44,406 nucleotides of DNA from a virus. Lineage: Duplodnaviria; Heunggongvirae; Uroviricota; Caudoviricetes. The translations under genes were made by a program, and so were the position numbers. The notes beneath the pieces are model-generated. The model was not told the origin of the DNA, did not search any database, and was given only the letters and a program-made list of their open reading frames with translations. Shown piece by piece: positions 33,501 through 44,400 of this stretch (position 1 is its first letter; each line of letters opens with the position of its first letter). The stretch lies in IMG/VR virus record IMGVR_UViG_3300042564_000253. One strand, 5' to 3'.

Positions 33501-35486
33501 GGTAGTTTGAATCTGTTTGTTCAATACCTTAGCTTGATATATCAATGGTACAATGTTCTGCTTCATCTGTAATTGCCTAATAGCAGAGAACAATGCGTTT
33601 AACTGTTCAGCTTTAGATAGTTTCTGAGAAGGAAGAGCTTTAATATTAGATATCTGTTTGTATACAGCGTTAAGCTTTTCTAATAACTTGTCAATCTTTT
33701 TATTACCTGTTTCTTCTTTTTCAAGACCTACAGGAATTAAATAGTTTTCTTGTATATTCTGTATATTAACATCTCCAATCTCCACTGAAGTTAATATAGG
33801 AAGTACATTCTCTTTAGCACTACCTCCTTCATATACTGCTCTGATAGGAATCATTCTTGTTTGTTTAAAGTCTTTATCCTTTAAACTGAACATTGTTTTA
33901 ATAATAGATTTGTATTGGTCCATTTGTAGGTTCCAAGAATTAACCTTGTACCAAGGAATATCTCCTTTAGATTTTTCAAGATTAATATCCATAAACTTCC
34001 AATCTAAGATGTTTACCTTACCTGATTCTTCAATAGCTAAGAAATCCACTGTGCCTGCAATTCCTCTTTTCTCATCATATATTGTAACCTCAGCCATGAA
34101 TCTTGTATTTGGAGGGAAAGAATTTAATCTTGCCTCCAAGTTATCTCTAAGGATTTCATAGTAGTCTCTGTTGTATGGATCAAGTTGAGACGTGTAATCA
34201 GAATCATCTAACATTTTAGGACGTAAGTATCCATTCTCATCTACAAATCTGCTGAATGCATATTGAATATCAGAATGTCCTTTTGTACCTTTCTCCATTC
34301 TAAACTCATCTAATGATTTAGCATATTCACTTTTAGTTAAATCACTAGCTTTAAATCTTCTAGTGTACCAATCTTGTACAAGATCACTTACCCTTCTAGG
34401 AACTTTCTTTCCATTAATATAATAGAAAGTTTTTATTGTTCCATCAGATTGTACTTCATCTTTAGTAGTAACTTGATTCTGTAAGTTTTTAATTCCTTGA
34501 TATACAGCAGCTTGTGAGTTACCAGGAGTCTGTAAAAAGAACTCTCCCTCTTCAGCTCTAATATCTTCAGCTGTACCAATACCTTCTCCTGTAAGAACCT
34601 TTATTGCAGCTGTGTCAAATCCACTTTCTACAAATAAGTTCTTAAAGAAATTAATAATCTTTTGCCACCAAGTTTCTGCTTTAGCCATAAGCTCAGGCTT
34701 CTCAACAACACCTTCAGCTTTACCTATTACTACCTCAGCTAATACTTTGGCAATAGCTTCTTTCTTTAACTTTCTGATGTTAGGTTTACCATCAGCAGTT
34801 TGATAATTTGGATCAGAGCTATATTGATCTATTACTTGTTGTAACATTCTATAGCTACCAATCTCTTTTAATAATTGATTAAACAATGCAGGATCTTTTT
34901 GTTCTAAGATCTCTACAGCAAAGTGCATAGCTTCCTCAGGAAGTGCAATGTCATCTTTACCTTCTACAACTTGTAATAGCTTTTGCATTATCAACGCAGC
35001 ACCATTAGCATCTTGTCTCACACCATCTACAACAATCTTATCTACAGTCTGCATGTCTACTCCTATTCTATTTAAGAAGTCTTTAATGACTGCTAATGTT
35101 TTAGGAGAAGCTTTAGAGCTTTCTAATTGTCCTTTCTTAGAGAACAATACTTGCTGTGGGTTTAGTTTATTAAATTCTTTTTCAGCAATAGGGTGAACAT
35201 CAATAGTTATCTTTGAATTCATTCCTGATGATGTGGTCTTAAGCTTTACTATATTTCCACCATACTTCTTATTGATGCTATCAATAAGGTTTCTTTGCTT
35301 TTGATTTTGTGCTGTACCAGAAGAAGAGAATAAATAGGTAGCGTCATCACCATCCCCATACTTTCTAAATAGCTTAGAGCTAGTGATTTCCTTCCAAGCA
35401 TCATTGTAGATGGTTGTAAGTCTATCAGCTAGTGCAGGATATTTCTTTCTGTATTGATTCTCTATGTATCTTACTTTACAAATCAT
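30525..35486 (-). CDS. large virion/ejection-type protein with PD-(D/E)XK nuclease domain
   Basis: 1653 aa; KGTKGH...EVTIYD..GIAGTVDFL...ILDWK; degenerate zincin-like EEAMH; long helical C-terminal half; adjacent to the RNAP gene. Confidence 0.75.
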   Translation of the reverse strand: MICKVRYIENQYRKKYPALADRLTTIYNDAWKEITSSKLFRKYGDGDDATYLFSSSGTAQNQKQRNLIDSINKKYGGNIVKLKTTSSGMNSKITIDVHPIAEKEFNKLNPQQVLFSKKGQLESSKASPKTLAVIKDFLNRIGVDMQTVDKIVVDGVRQDANGAALIMQKLLQVVEGKDDIALPEEAMHFAVEILEQKDPALFNQLLKEIGSYRMLQQVIDQYSSDPNYQTADGKPNIRKLKKEAIAKVLAEVVIGKAEGVVEKPELMAKAETWWQKIINFFKNLFVESGFDTAAIKVLTGEGIGTAEDIRAEEGEFFLQTPGNSQAAVYQGIKNLQNQVTTKDEVQSDGTIKTFYYINGKKVPRRVSDLVQDWYTRRFKASDLTKSEYAKSLDEFRMEKGTKGHSDIQYAFSRFVDENGYLRPKMLDDSDYTSQLDPYNRDYYEILRDNLEARLNSFPPNTRFMAEVTIYDEKRGIAGTVDFLAIEESGKVNILDWKFMDINLEKSKGDIPWYKVNSWNLQMDQYKSIIKTMFSLKDKDFKQTRMIPIRAVYEGGSAKENVLPILTSVEIGDVNIQNIQENYLIPVGLEKEETGNKKIDKLLEKLNAVYKQISNIKALPSQKLSKAEQLNALFSAIRQLQMKQNIVPLIYQAKVLNKQIQTTIDTYNSKWKGTDPKSFSMEEIDEFTDSIIGAQEAIQTYATLDTDLKFLFQGELSEEDKKLREDLRDAADNARDLNTELLEVMDEFADKIVANRQGISDILKPEKIVRGFAKWFSSTSITQVKAIQVLYRMANKAFGIGAQQTLDETKKLQTLQTAYEEWAKSKGLVPKNYFDILMKKGENKLIDQYDPQFYKELTKNVGEKNFDWIKDNIDISEYNKFLKERLEKETEYINEKARVEEGEAREKAIQQEITKAERMYDTSTTEGLGWLQYDLIKKFPKEKWESAEWKELKNVKPAKDFYDYIIERNNYYQSIGYIHAKEARVFLPWVRKGMMEKLIFGGKIAIGEQFLRNISVDEGDLGYGETDPLTGRPVNRVPIYLTRELETDYSTDLFRNMALYNEMAIKFKQMSDIEAQARLLISVERNKKAIATSRYGKTITNEKGELEYTPDNTENTQLLEDMVKGIVYGQKYIESETFDQLLGKMGNFGESLNNGLAKLGINSRIFPENIASRQFSVNKVLNQINNTYQINALGFNVLSALSNLFGGTAQSIINAGTYFTHEEFAATEYWMTLGKMTGNDKDKRIAALEYFLPLTDNYNKEIAKTLSISKLSQENIQEFLMILMRKSDLYVQSANFFSFLSNTIIVDGEVVNAREYLRKQPDYQKKYQGTAEEQKAFKQKFEDDVKKLIEDKGIMKVATIKDGKLEIPGVERSSDSVLELRRKVQSLSKAALGNLSEDDIRKINLNIYGKSFMLFKNWIPRLVDVRYGNLKFNAGSDAYEWGRMRNVFRIMSEDVRGSLSNLYNTLQGNEKGVDFMRKLFEKKKADYESDTGKELEMDEVAFMDLNVKNVKAQLLDTIFLLTLVSLYAGVKAYAPDDDELSKNQHRFFVKATDKLKDELLYFYNPTSILNLVSQGFFPAKGLIENYAKFFNNFMLENYYIVTGDEKAADKNFVIKYGMKAVPGLNQFASWLPMFYPQAAKDLGIRAQAQYGFVR

Positions 35487-35489
35487 GCT

Positions 35490-38400
35490 TTATTGTTTTG
35501 TTCCACAAGGGGTAGGGTTATCAGATCCTTCTGTATCATTTGTATTGACATCTTCAAATTCTATATCTATTACACTAGGAATGCCACCTAGTTTTTCAAA
35601 TGCTGCAACTGTAGCTCTAGTTTCAATATCAACCTTATCATCTGTTAATAAGTCTTTACCATTCTTCCAGTATACATCTATATCATTATTTTCAACATGG
35701 TCTTTCTCATGTAATACTAAGAAGTTAATAATTTTATCAACACTGTTTAATATAGTCTTAATAACATCAAGGGTATATCCTTTGTCAGCTAACTTATTTA
35801 AAACCTTAGCTTTTTGTTCAGACGTAGGTCCACCTTCTTTACCTTCAAGGTAGTTAAAGAACTCATCCACACTCTTAGGAGGATTGATTGTAATAGTACC
35901 AAGCTTACTTGCCTGTGCAAATCTCTTAGTGCCATCAGCATTCTTTAATTTAGTATCTGTCACGTATTCTGGAATTTGAATATATGGTTCTGTTGATTGC
36001 GAAGATACAGGATTTTGTCCACCTAATTCATTAAAATATTGACGAATATTATCATCAGAAATCTCATTCTCAATCTTCTCTGTGCCATTATTTAATACAG
36101 ACTTTCTAGTGTCAGTATAGTATTCAGATACTAATCTACCATCTCCATATAAGTTAATAAGTTTATAAACATGCTTATTAATTACCTCACCTTTGTAGGT
36201 TGTAGTTTGATATGTTACAGGAGTACCATCATCATAGTATACTTTCTTATAACCATATACATTCTTTAATGACATATCTCCTTGGTTCTTTCTCTCTACA
36301 TAGCTGTAGTTTGTAATAGATAATCCTGTTTGCATATCTACTCTTTCACCATATTTTGTTGTTACCACTCTAGGTACTAACAAGTAATCATTGCTAAGAT
36401 AGAAACTATCATACTCTTCACTTAAAGCTAATATTCTTCTGTCTGTGGAAAGACCAAACTTATCAATGCTAGGGAAATAATCAGAGGATTGATATTGATA
36501 AATGTCACCAATAATATCACCAAAGTCATTTACCTGTACATCTACTGGAGCTTCATCAGCTAACCAAAACTTAGGTTCAAACTTTTTAAATACCTTATTG
36601 TCTTTCCAGTTGTTTCTTTGGAAACCTCCATCTGCAAAGGCATCTAATGATTCATCATATACTAAAGGTGCCATGATAGGAGCAACATATTTACTAGAAT
36701 CCTCAATAGGAATAATGCTAGCAATACTTATACCATTCTCATATGTACCTTGTAAGAGAGCCATCTTAACTAAGTCTTTATATAAAGCATTAGTACTAGG
36801 AGTATCTCTTAGTTGTCTCATATATCCTATGTATAAGTTTTTATCATATGCACTTCCTTTAATATTCACAGTCAACTTAACACTCATTACACCATCTGGT
36901 CTTGGAGAACTAATCACCTTAAAATCATTCAAGATAGGATTAGAACTTATCTTCTTAGCTTCTTCTAACTGAGCAGATACAGATGTCTTTGGATTTACAA
37001 ACAATTTATTAATCTCTAAGTTAAATCCTGTCTTTGTTTGTATAATATAATCTAAGAAGCTGGCTTTCAATTTGTTAGCTATTCTTTCAAAGTCATCTGC
37101 ACCAACATATTTATTTCTAGCATATGGTTTTAATAATGGGTCAATTACATTAATTCTAAATTGATCTTGCTCAAGCTTTAATATTACTCCCATTCCTTCC
37201 ATAGATAAGTCAAGAAGGTGTCTTTGCTTAGCAATAAATATCTTAGGATTCTCAGGATCTAATAGTTCAGCAATACCACTAAATGGACTTCTTGTTATAG
37301 TTATATCAGTTCTAACTTGCTTCTTAAACAATGTATCACCACTTCTATATCTAGTGGTATCATAGTTAATAGCCTGTGTAAGATCAAAGTTGTATTCAGC
37401 TAACTTAGCATACTTCAAGAACTCATCAAGAATTTTATGTTGTTCAGCATTTCTTTCAGTACCTAATTCGCTACCTGCATAGTAATCAGCAATGTTTGCC
37501 TCTAAGTTGTTTATATCTATTCTTGCTGTTTCAATTGCTTTTGATGTAGTGATAAATCTACTTTTAATAGCCTCAATACTAAGTTTACTAAATAGACCCT
37601 TTTTGTTTTGGCTATCAAGTTGTTTTAAGTATTCTCTAATAATAGGCTGGCTCATAAAAATACCAGTGTATTCACCTGCACCTATTCTCTCTAAGAACAT
37701 AAAGGTACCTACAGATAAGTCACTAGTAACAAGTTCAACAATATATGGTTTATTAGCTACGTCCACAAATGATGTACCATATCCAGATAGTCTAGATGAT
37801 ATGTATTGTTTTTTACCATCAGCTGTCTTAGTTCCTGATAATGAAGCATATTCTTTATCACCAATCTTCACTTTGTTATGAGGCAAGATAATACTACCAT
37901 CTCCAATAAATTTTCTATCTTGCTGTGGTAACATGAAGAATCTTTCTGGGTTCAAATATATCTGACCCTTTTGGAATAGAGAGTGACTTGTAATATTTGT
38001 AGCAGCAATACCTATCCATCTTTTAGCTGTTACAAAGTAGTGTCTTAACTTAGTCATAAAGTTTCTGTTAAGAATCTTGTTCTTAACTTGATCACCTTTA
38101 GGATTAACTAGTTTGCCTATTCTAACAGAAAGCTTTTCTAATCCAGCATCATTTACAGGAGAAATAAGTCTTTCAAAGTTCTCAGGTAGAGTTAATAACT
38201 CTTCCATGCTATCATAGTACTCATTCTCAAGAGAACGCTTATACATATCTTTTACATAATCTTCTCTAAGAGAATTACTAAGTATATCCTTTGTTAGCTT
38301 TTCTTTATTAATAGATAAGTCTTCAATTTGCTTATTCATGTAATCTACAGCTGTAAGATCTTTTTGTGCAGCTTGATCAGTGATTGCTTTGAATATAGAT

Positions 38401-41400
38401 AAACGATCGTAGAAGAAGTCAAGCTCAGAAGGAGTAAGTGCACTCTCCAAAGATTCTGGACTGGCAGCACCTTCTATTCTTTCTAGCTTTGATAATACAT
38501 CTACTAATTTACTTCTGAATTCTTCAAACTCTTCAATTTTATCTATGTCTCTTTGGATGGTATCTTTATATACACCTCTGAAGAAGTCTTTTGTAGCTTC
38601 CTCAGAACCTAACCACTTTACTAAACGTATGTTACCATTCACATCTATGTATATAGATTTCAAATATGTATTTAACTTATCTATATCAAAGTCAGATCCA
38701 GCAAGAGTAGTGATTTCAGAAGGTACAACAACAGATTCTCCCATGAATTGAGGTAAGAACTTTTTCACTCTGAATGTTACCAGAGAGCTTAATTCTTGTG
38801 CAGGAACACGAAATCCTATACCTCTTAAGATAGATTTACCTTCCTCTGTAATATTTAAGTAGTTAATGATTTCTTCATCAGTCTTATACTTAGTAGTCTT
38901 TCTAAGCGTATCACCAAACCAATGAGGCAACATGATTTCCATGTATGGATCATCTTTGGTATAAAACTTAAGTGTATCATCTGTTAATACTACCTTCTTC
39001 TTCTCCTCATCAGATAGTTTGTCATAGTCTTCTCTAGATATTTCTTTATATCCATCCTCAGTTTTGATAGCTAATCTTCTTCCTTTCTCTAAGTTTTCCC
39101 ATCCTGTAACACTCACCTGTACCTTAGGACCACCATTCACTTTAGGAGAAACCATAGTCTTTTGTACAACAGAGTATAGGATATCTTTAATTTGCTTGTA
39201 AGAAGGAGACGCTTCAAAAGGAATAGGGAACTCACCTTTACTATCTAATTGAACTGTATCCTTAGCATTCTCATCTAACTCTCTTCTAAGCATCTCATAT
39301 ACTAATGTATTAGATACAGCTTGTTTGTTTGCTAATATAAACTCAGTGCCTAAATCCTCAATACCTAATCTTTCTAACAAAACATTATATGCATTCTCAT
39401 GCATTAAGTCCAATATATTATTGTTTCTATCTGTTGCTTCTTTAGCTTTTTGACTAACAGGCACACCATTATCAAATAAGTCTACAGTTACTAACTTAGT
39501 AGGTTGACTACCACGTGTTTGTGCTTTGACAACATCATAGTTAGTTTCTACTTGGATGCCATAAGCTTTCCAAGGAACTTGAACTAAGTTGTTAAATGGT
39601 TCTGGGTTTAACTTACCATCTTTGTATAAGTCAAATGCTTCTGTTGTACCCATCTTTCTACCACTCTCTAAAATAGCATAACCAATCTTCTCTTCCCACA
39701 TCTTTATATAAAGTCCTTCTAATGTAGTTCCTTCAATAGCTTGATAATACAAAGGCAGTTGTGAGAACTTATCTAGTACTAATTCAAAGTATGTCTTACC
39801 TAACTTGTTACCAGTTACAATAGGCTTCAATACTTCTACACCATATTTAGGTACAGGAGTTTCAATTAATGCTGCGTCTTGTTTTTTAAGTGTATCATTG
39901 GTATATGTATATTTACCTTTGGCAGCCATTCTGTTTCTAGTGTAAGCCATTTGCCATTGGTGGAATATTTCTGCTTCATCTGTCCACTGAGCGTTCTTTA
40001 ACTTCACCTCTCTGTTTGTAGTATCCATGATCCAAGACTGAGCATCTGCTTCTTTTGTTCTGCCCATTAACCCACCTTCCACATATATCTCTTTGATAGT
40101 CACTGTGTTAGTATGAGATTTATGTTCATGATAACCAAGATCATCAGGTGTTAATTCAATCTCACCAGCTTTATTAAATTCATTGTTAAGGAACTCATTA
40201 TATTCTGGGCTATCAAATGTTGTTCTTCTTGGAGATAAGAAAGACTTAATACGTTTAGTTTCTTCTGACTCACCTTCTTTTAAAGCAAACTGATATGGAT
40301 CACCAAATAAGATCTTATGGAATTCAATGTTGCTTATGACATAGTTAATGTTTACATACTCAATAAGGTTTCTTAACTTCTCATCTGTAAGACCATATCT
40401 ATTGATTCCAGAGTTCTTAGCAAATACACTATTAAGCATTGGATACATCCAAGCTTTCTTATTTGCAGTGGGAACTACTTGCTTATATTCTTTAAGCGTA
40501 GCAATTGTAGTGTTTATATATTCGTCAAAATATCCTTTTATAGAACCATTGATCTCCTCTTCATTCTCAGCTATAAACGCAATTACTTCCTCATCAGAAG
40601 CAGACTTCATTACTAATTCAGTATTGATCTTAGCTAACATATCTTCAGATAGAATGTCTTTGAAGAAACGTAAATCATAAGCTCTATCACCTATATTCTT
40701 AAGTTTCTTTCTTACATCAGCATCTTTAGCTAAAGCTATGTCATCTTTCAAATATCCTTGGAATATCTTATATGTATTATCCCATCCTACTTTTGTACCA
40801 AATTGTTTAAATGGAACATTTACACCAAGGTCCATTTCCCATTCTGTACTACTTTCAGCAGGAAGTAATATATAGAATCTACCATTAACGTTCTCATTAA
40901 TCTCTTGTGTATATCTATTACCAAGTGTTAGTTTACTTGTAGAAGTACCATCATCTGTATCAATATCTTTAGTACCTTGAATATATGATATCTTAAGATC
41001 TTTCTTAATTTTACCATCTTCATCAATATATAATCCATCTTTTTTCAAGACAAGACTATTTGTAGAGAATGGATCATTTAATTCTGGTCTAGCTTGCTTA
41101 AGGTTTTCTAATGTACCAGCTTCCTTCCATTCGTTCTCAAATACAGAAGGATTGTTATTTTCTGAATAGCCATTAGTTTTCTCTCCCTCTACATTAGTAT
41201 GTGTAGGATCAAAGTTAGGATTAGTAACTCTAACTAACATTTCACCCATGGCATTTAATGGTCCCTTGATGTCTAATAACTTACTAGTAATACTACTTAG
41301 TATATCACTCTTACTACGAAGAGATGTTAAAAGGCCTCCCACTGATCTACCAAATACATTCTTTTCTCTAGTGGTAAGTTTATTGTATATATCAATTGGA

Positions 41401-44400
41401 AAGATTACACCTATATTACCTAAAAACTCTACCATTTGCTCAGGGTTCTTAATCTCTATATTAGATAGGTCACCTACCTTATAAACCTTATTTGGTTTAT
41501 CAAGAACAATAAGAGACTTACTATCTTTAGATAAAGCTTTGATACCTTCAATCCAACCTTCTACTACATCATCTATAGCATCAGATAATTCTGCAGATCC
41601 TGTATATACCTCATCATCAGAAACATATTGTATACGTGCATTAGGATGTTGCTTAGTAAATGTTTGATAGAAGTTAATAAATAATCTCCAGTCATGAGCT
41701 TTAAACTTAGAATAGTCCATAGCTGTTTCTTTATTCTCAGCATCCAACTTATCTATAGTTCCACCAAGCTTAGACCATAATCTTACATAGTTACTATCTT
41801 GTTTAGCTAAAGTAAGTAGTTTATCTACCACCTTACCTACAGAAGAAGTATTAGAAATCTTATTCAATATAGTGGCAAACGCTCTACTAAAGTTCAATAA
41901 CATAAAGCCTTTTGCACTACCTGAAATTACTTCATCAGGCATTTGTAAACGCAATGCATTCTCTTGGTTAGTAGGCACAGTTAAAACTAATGACCCTACA
42001 GTAATCTTGATTGGGAAACTAGATTGTTTCTTCCAGTCTACAGAGAATGGTTCTGGTGCATAGTCACGATTAGTATTATCATCATTATTAAAAACAATAA
42101 CATTATTCTCATCAAATTGAATCTTAAATGTGCGTAAGAACTCTCTTGATTTCTTAACCAGCTGACTCCAACCTTCTTCACCTAACACATCTAGCTTTCC
42201 TTCCTCAGCAAATTCTTCTTTGATTGTATCAAATATCTCAGGAGAAGTTAATAACTTAGGATTATATAAGTCCATGTTTTTGCTAAACACTTCAAAGAAG
42301 AATCTAGCAGCTACGTCTTGAACTGACTCATGTGTTGTAGTTTCATCAAGACCAGGGATAACACTCCACTGTGTAAGTTGATTATATACAGCAGGGTTTA
42401 ACTTAGTATCTTTAAATTTACCAGCATCAATAGCTTTGAATAACTCATCTTTCTTGGATGGCTTATTTACAAACTCTCTAACAAATTGTATGATACTTCT
42501 GAAGAATTTTAATATTCTTTCACCAATACTTTTAGCAGGTAACTTACCTAATCTAAAGTCAGCAAAATCATCAGCTATTCTTTCCTCAGCTTGTTGATCT
42601 GTAGCTTCCTCATAATAGATCATACTACCTGTAGCCCTATCTTTGAACTTACCAGATTTAGATTTAAACTCATCAAAAATAAGCTGTCTTTCTTCTGCAC
42701 TTAAGAAGCCACCAAAGATACCATGGAATATCTCATGATACTCTGTACCTCTAGCTGCAGACTTATAGAACTTAGCTACACCATTCTCAAATACTCCCCA
42801 TGCTTGTCTACCATCATTAGTAGTCATTACACGTTGCAACACTTCAAATGGAATACCAGCAGCATTCTTAGCATGCCACTCTTTAAATAACTGAAGCTCA
42901 GCGTCAGTCATTCTAGGAACATCTAATCCTGCAATCTCTCTATAACGTTTCTTTGGTGCTTTTGTTTTGCCAAGGGCATTAACCTTCTCAGCTATTTGTC
43001 TATTGATCTCATCCTCAAGAGCTTTCTCTTGAGCATCGTCAACAGTATCTTCTAATTGTTCTAACTTCTCAACGTTCTCTTGAACAGTTGGAGCAGGAGC
43101 TATATCATCTACTAAGCCACCTATTGTTGTTCTAGATGTAGCACCTGTATGATATATAGTAAATTTAGCACCTATCTCTTGTAAGTAATCTATAAACTGA
43201 ATATCTACTCCTGGCATATCTCCTACAACAAATTCTGCACCATTTAAATTAGCTTGTCTAATTTGTTCTTTTGTTTCAGCTCTAAGAGCTTTTCCAGAAA
43301 GAGATCCATTTCTAGCAAGCATTATAACTTTATCCCCTTCTTTAGGTAATCCTACTTCTCCTAAACTAGTTTTTGATGAAGAATCTTTATTAGATGCAAG
43401 TTCAACAATTGCACCATTTGCAACTTGTCTCATTGCTTTATCTTTACCATCACCTTGAACAGTACCTTTACCTGTATTTTCAAACCCACCTTTATATCCT
43501 TGGAAACCTTTCTCATTAGAAACTACAGGAGTTGGTTGAGCTGCAGGAGCTGTCTCAGCATTCTTCATCTTATTCAATTGATTAGCAATTGCTATAGATG
43601 CAAAATCATACATTAGTTCTTGCTCACTTCTTGTAGCATCAAATAAAGATTTACCACTAGCATCCTTATTGTTTTTTAAGAAGTCAAAATAAGGAGCTGT
43701 CTTAGCTGGGTCTGCTACAATAGATTCTAAGTTTTCTATTGTATCAACTGTAACTGCTGGAACACCATTAGAGTTTAATCTAGCTGTGAACGTTACATTA
43801 CCAAGAGCTTTAAGTTCTCTTGTATGTGTTGTTGTACCATCCATCTTATATCCACCAATCTCTGTGGCACCACCTTTAGCTACAGGAGCTACAGGTTTAG
43901 TAATCTTCTGTACAGCAAGTTCTAATCCACCTAACGTTACATACTTCTGTCTGTAGTTATATGGAACTCGATCAGATGGTTTTGTTACAGATGTAGATAG
44001 TGGTGTATCTTTAATTGATCTTCCTTTACCATTAGGAAGTTTACTAGATAACAAATAGCTTTGATAATTAGGCCATTGTCTATCTTTTAAATATTTATCC
44101 TCAAAGTAAAGTTCTGTAAATTCTTCATCATTCTTTTTAACAGAGTCATTGTTAACTGTGTTAAATGTATTCTGAAGCTGACTAACTATTTCTTTCTCAG
44201 AGATAGCTAAGTTAGCAAAGTTATATTTCTTACCACCAAGATATAGATCCATTGTTCTATCATCTATATACATTTGGTTGTTCTTAGTATCAGCCCCCTT
44301 CTTCCAGAACAATACATTCTGTAAGAAGTTAGCATACAATGGATTAAACTCAACATCCTTACCATCTTTAGCTTTCTTTTGAACATCTTCTGACATCAAT

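Noticed and set aside
31192-43616. Plus-strand ORFs of 60-156 aa opposite the two giant genes
   Set aside because: Hydrophobic antisense shadows with no recognisable motifs or promoter elements.
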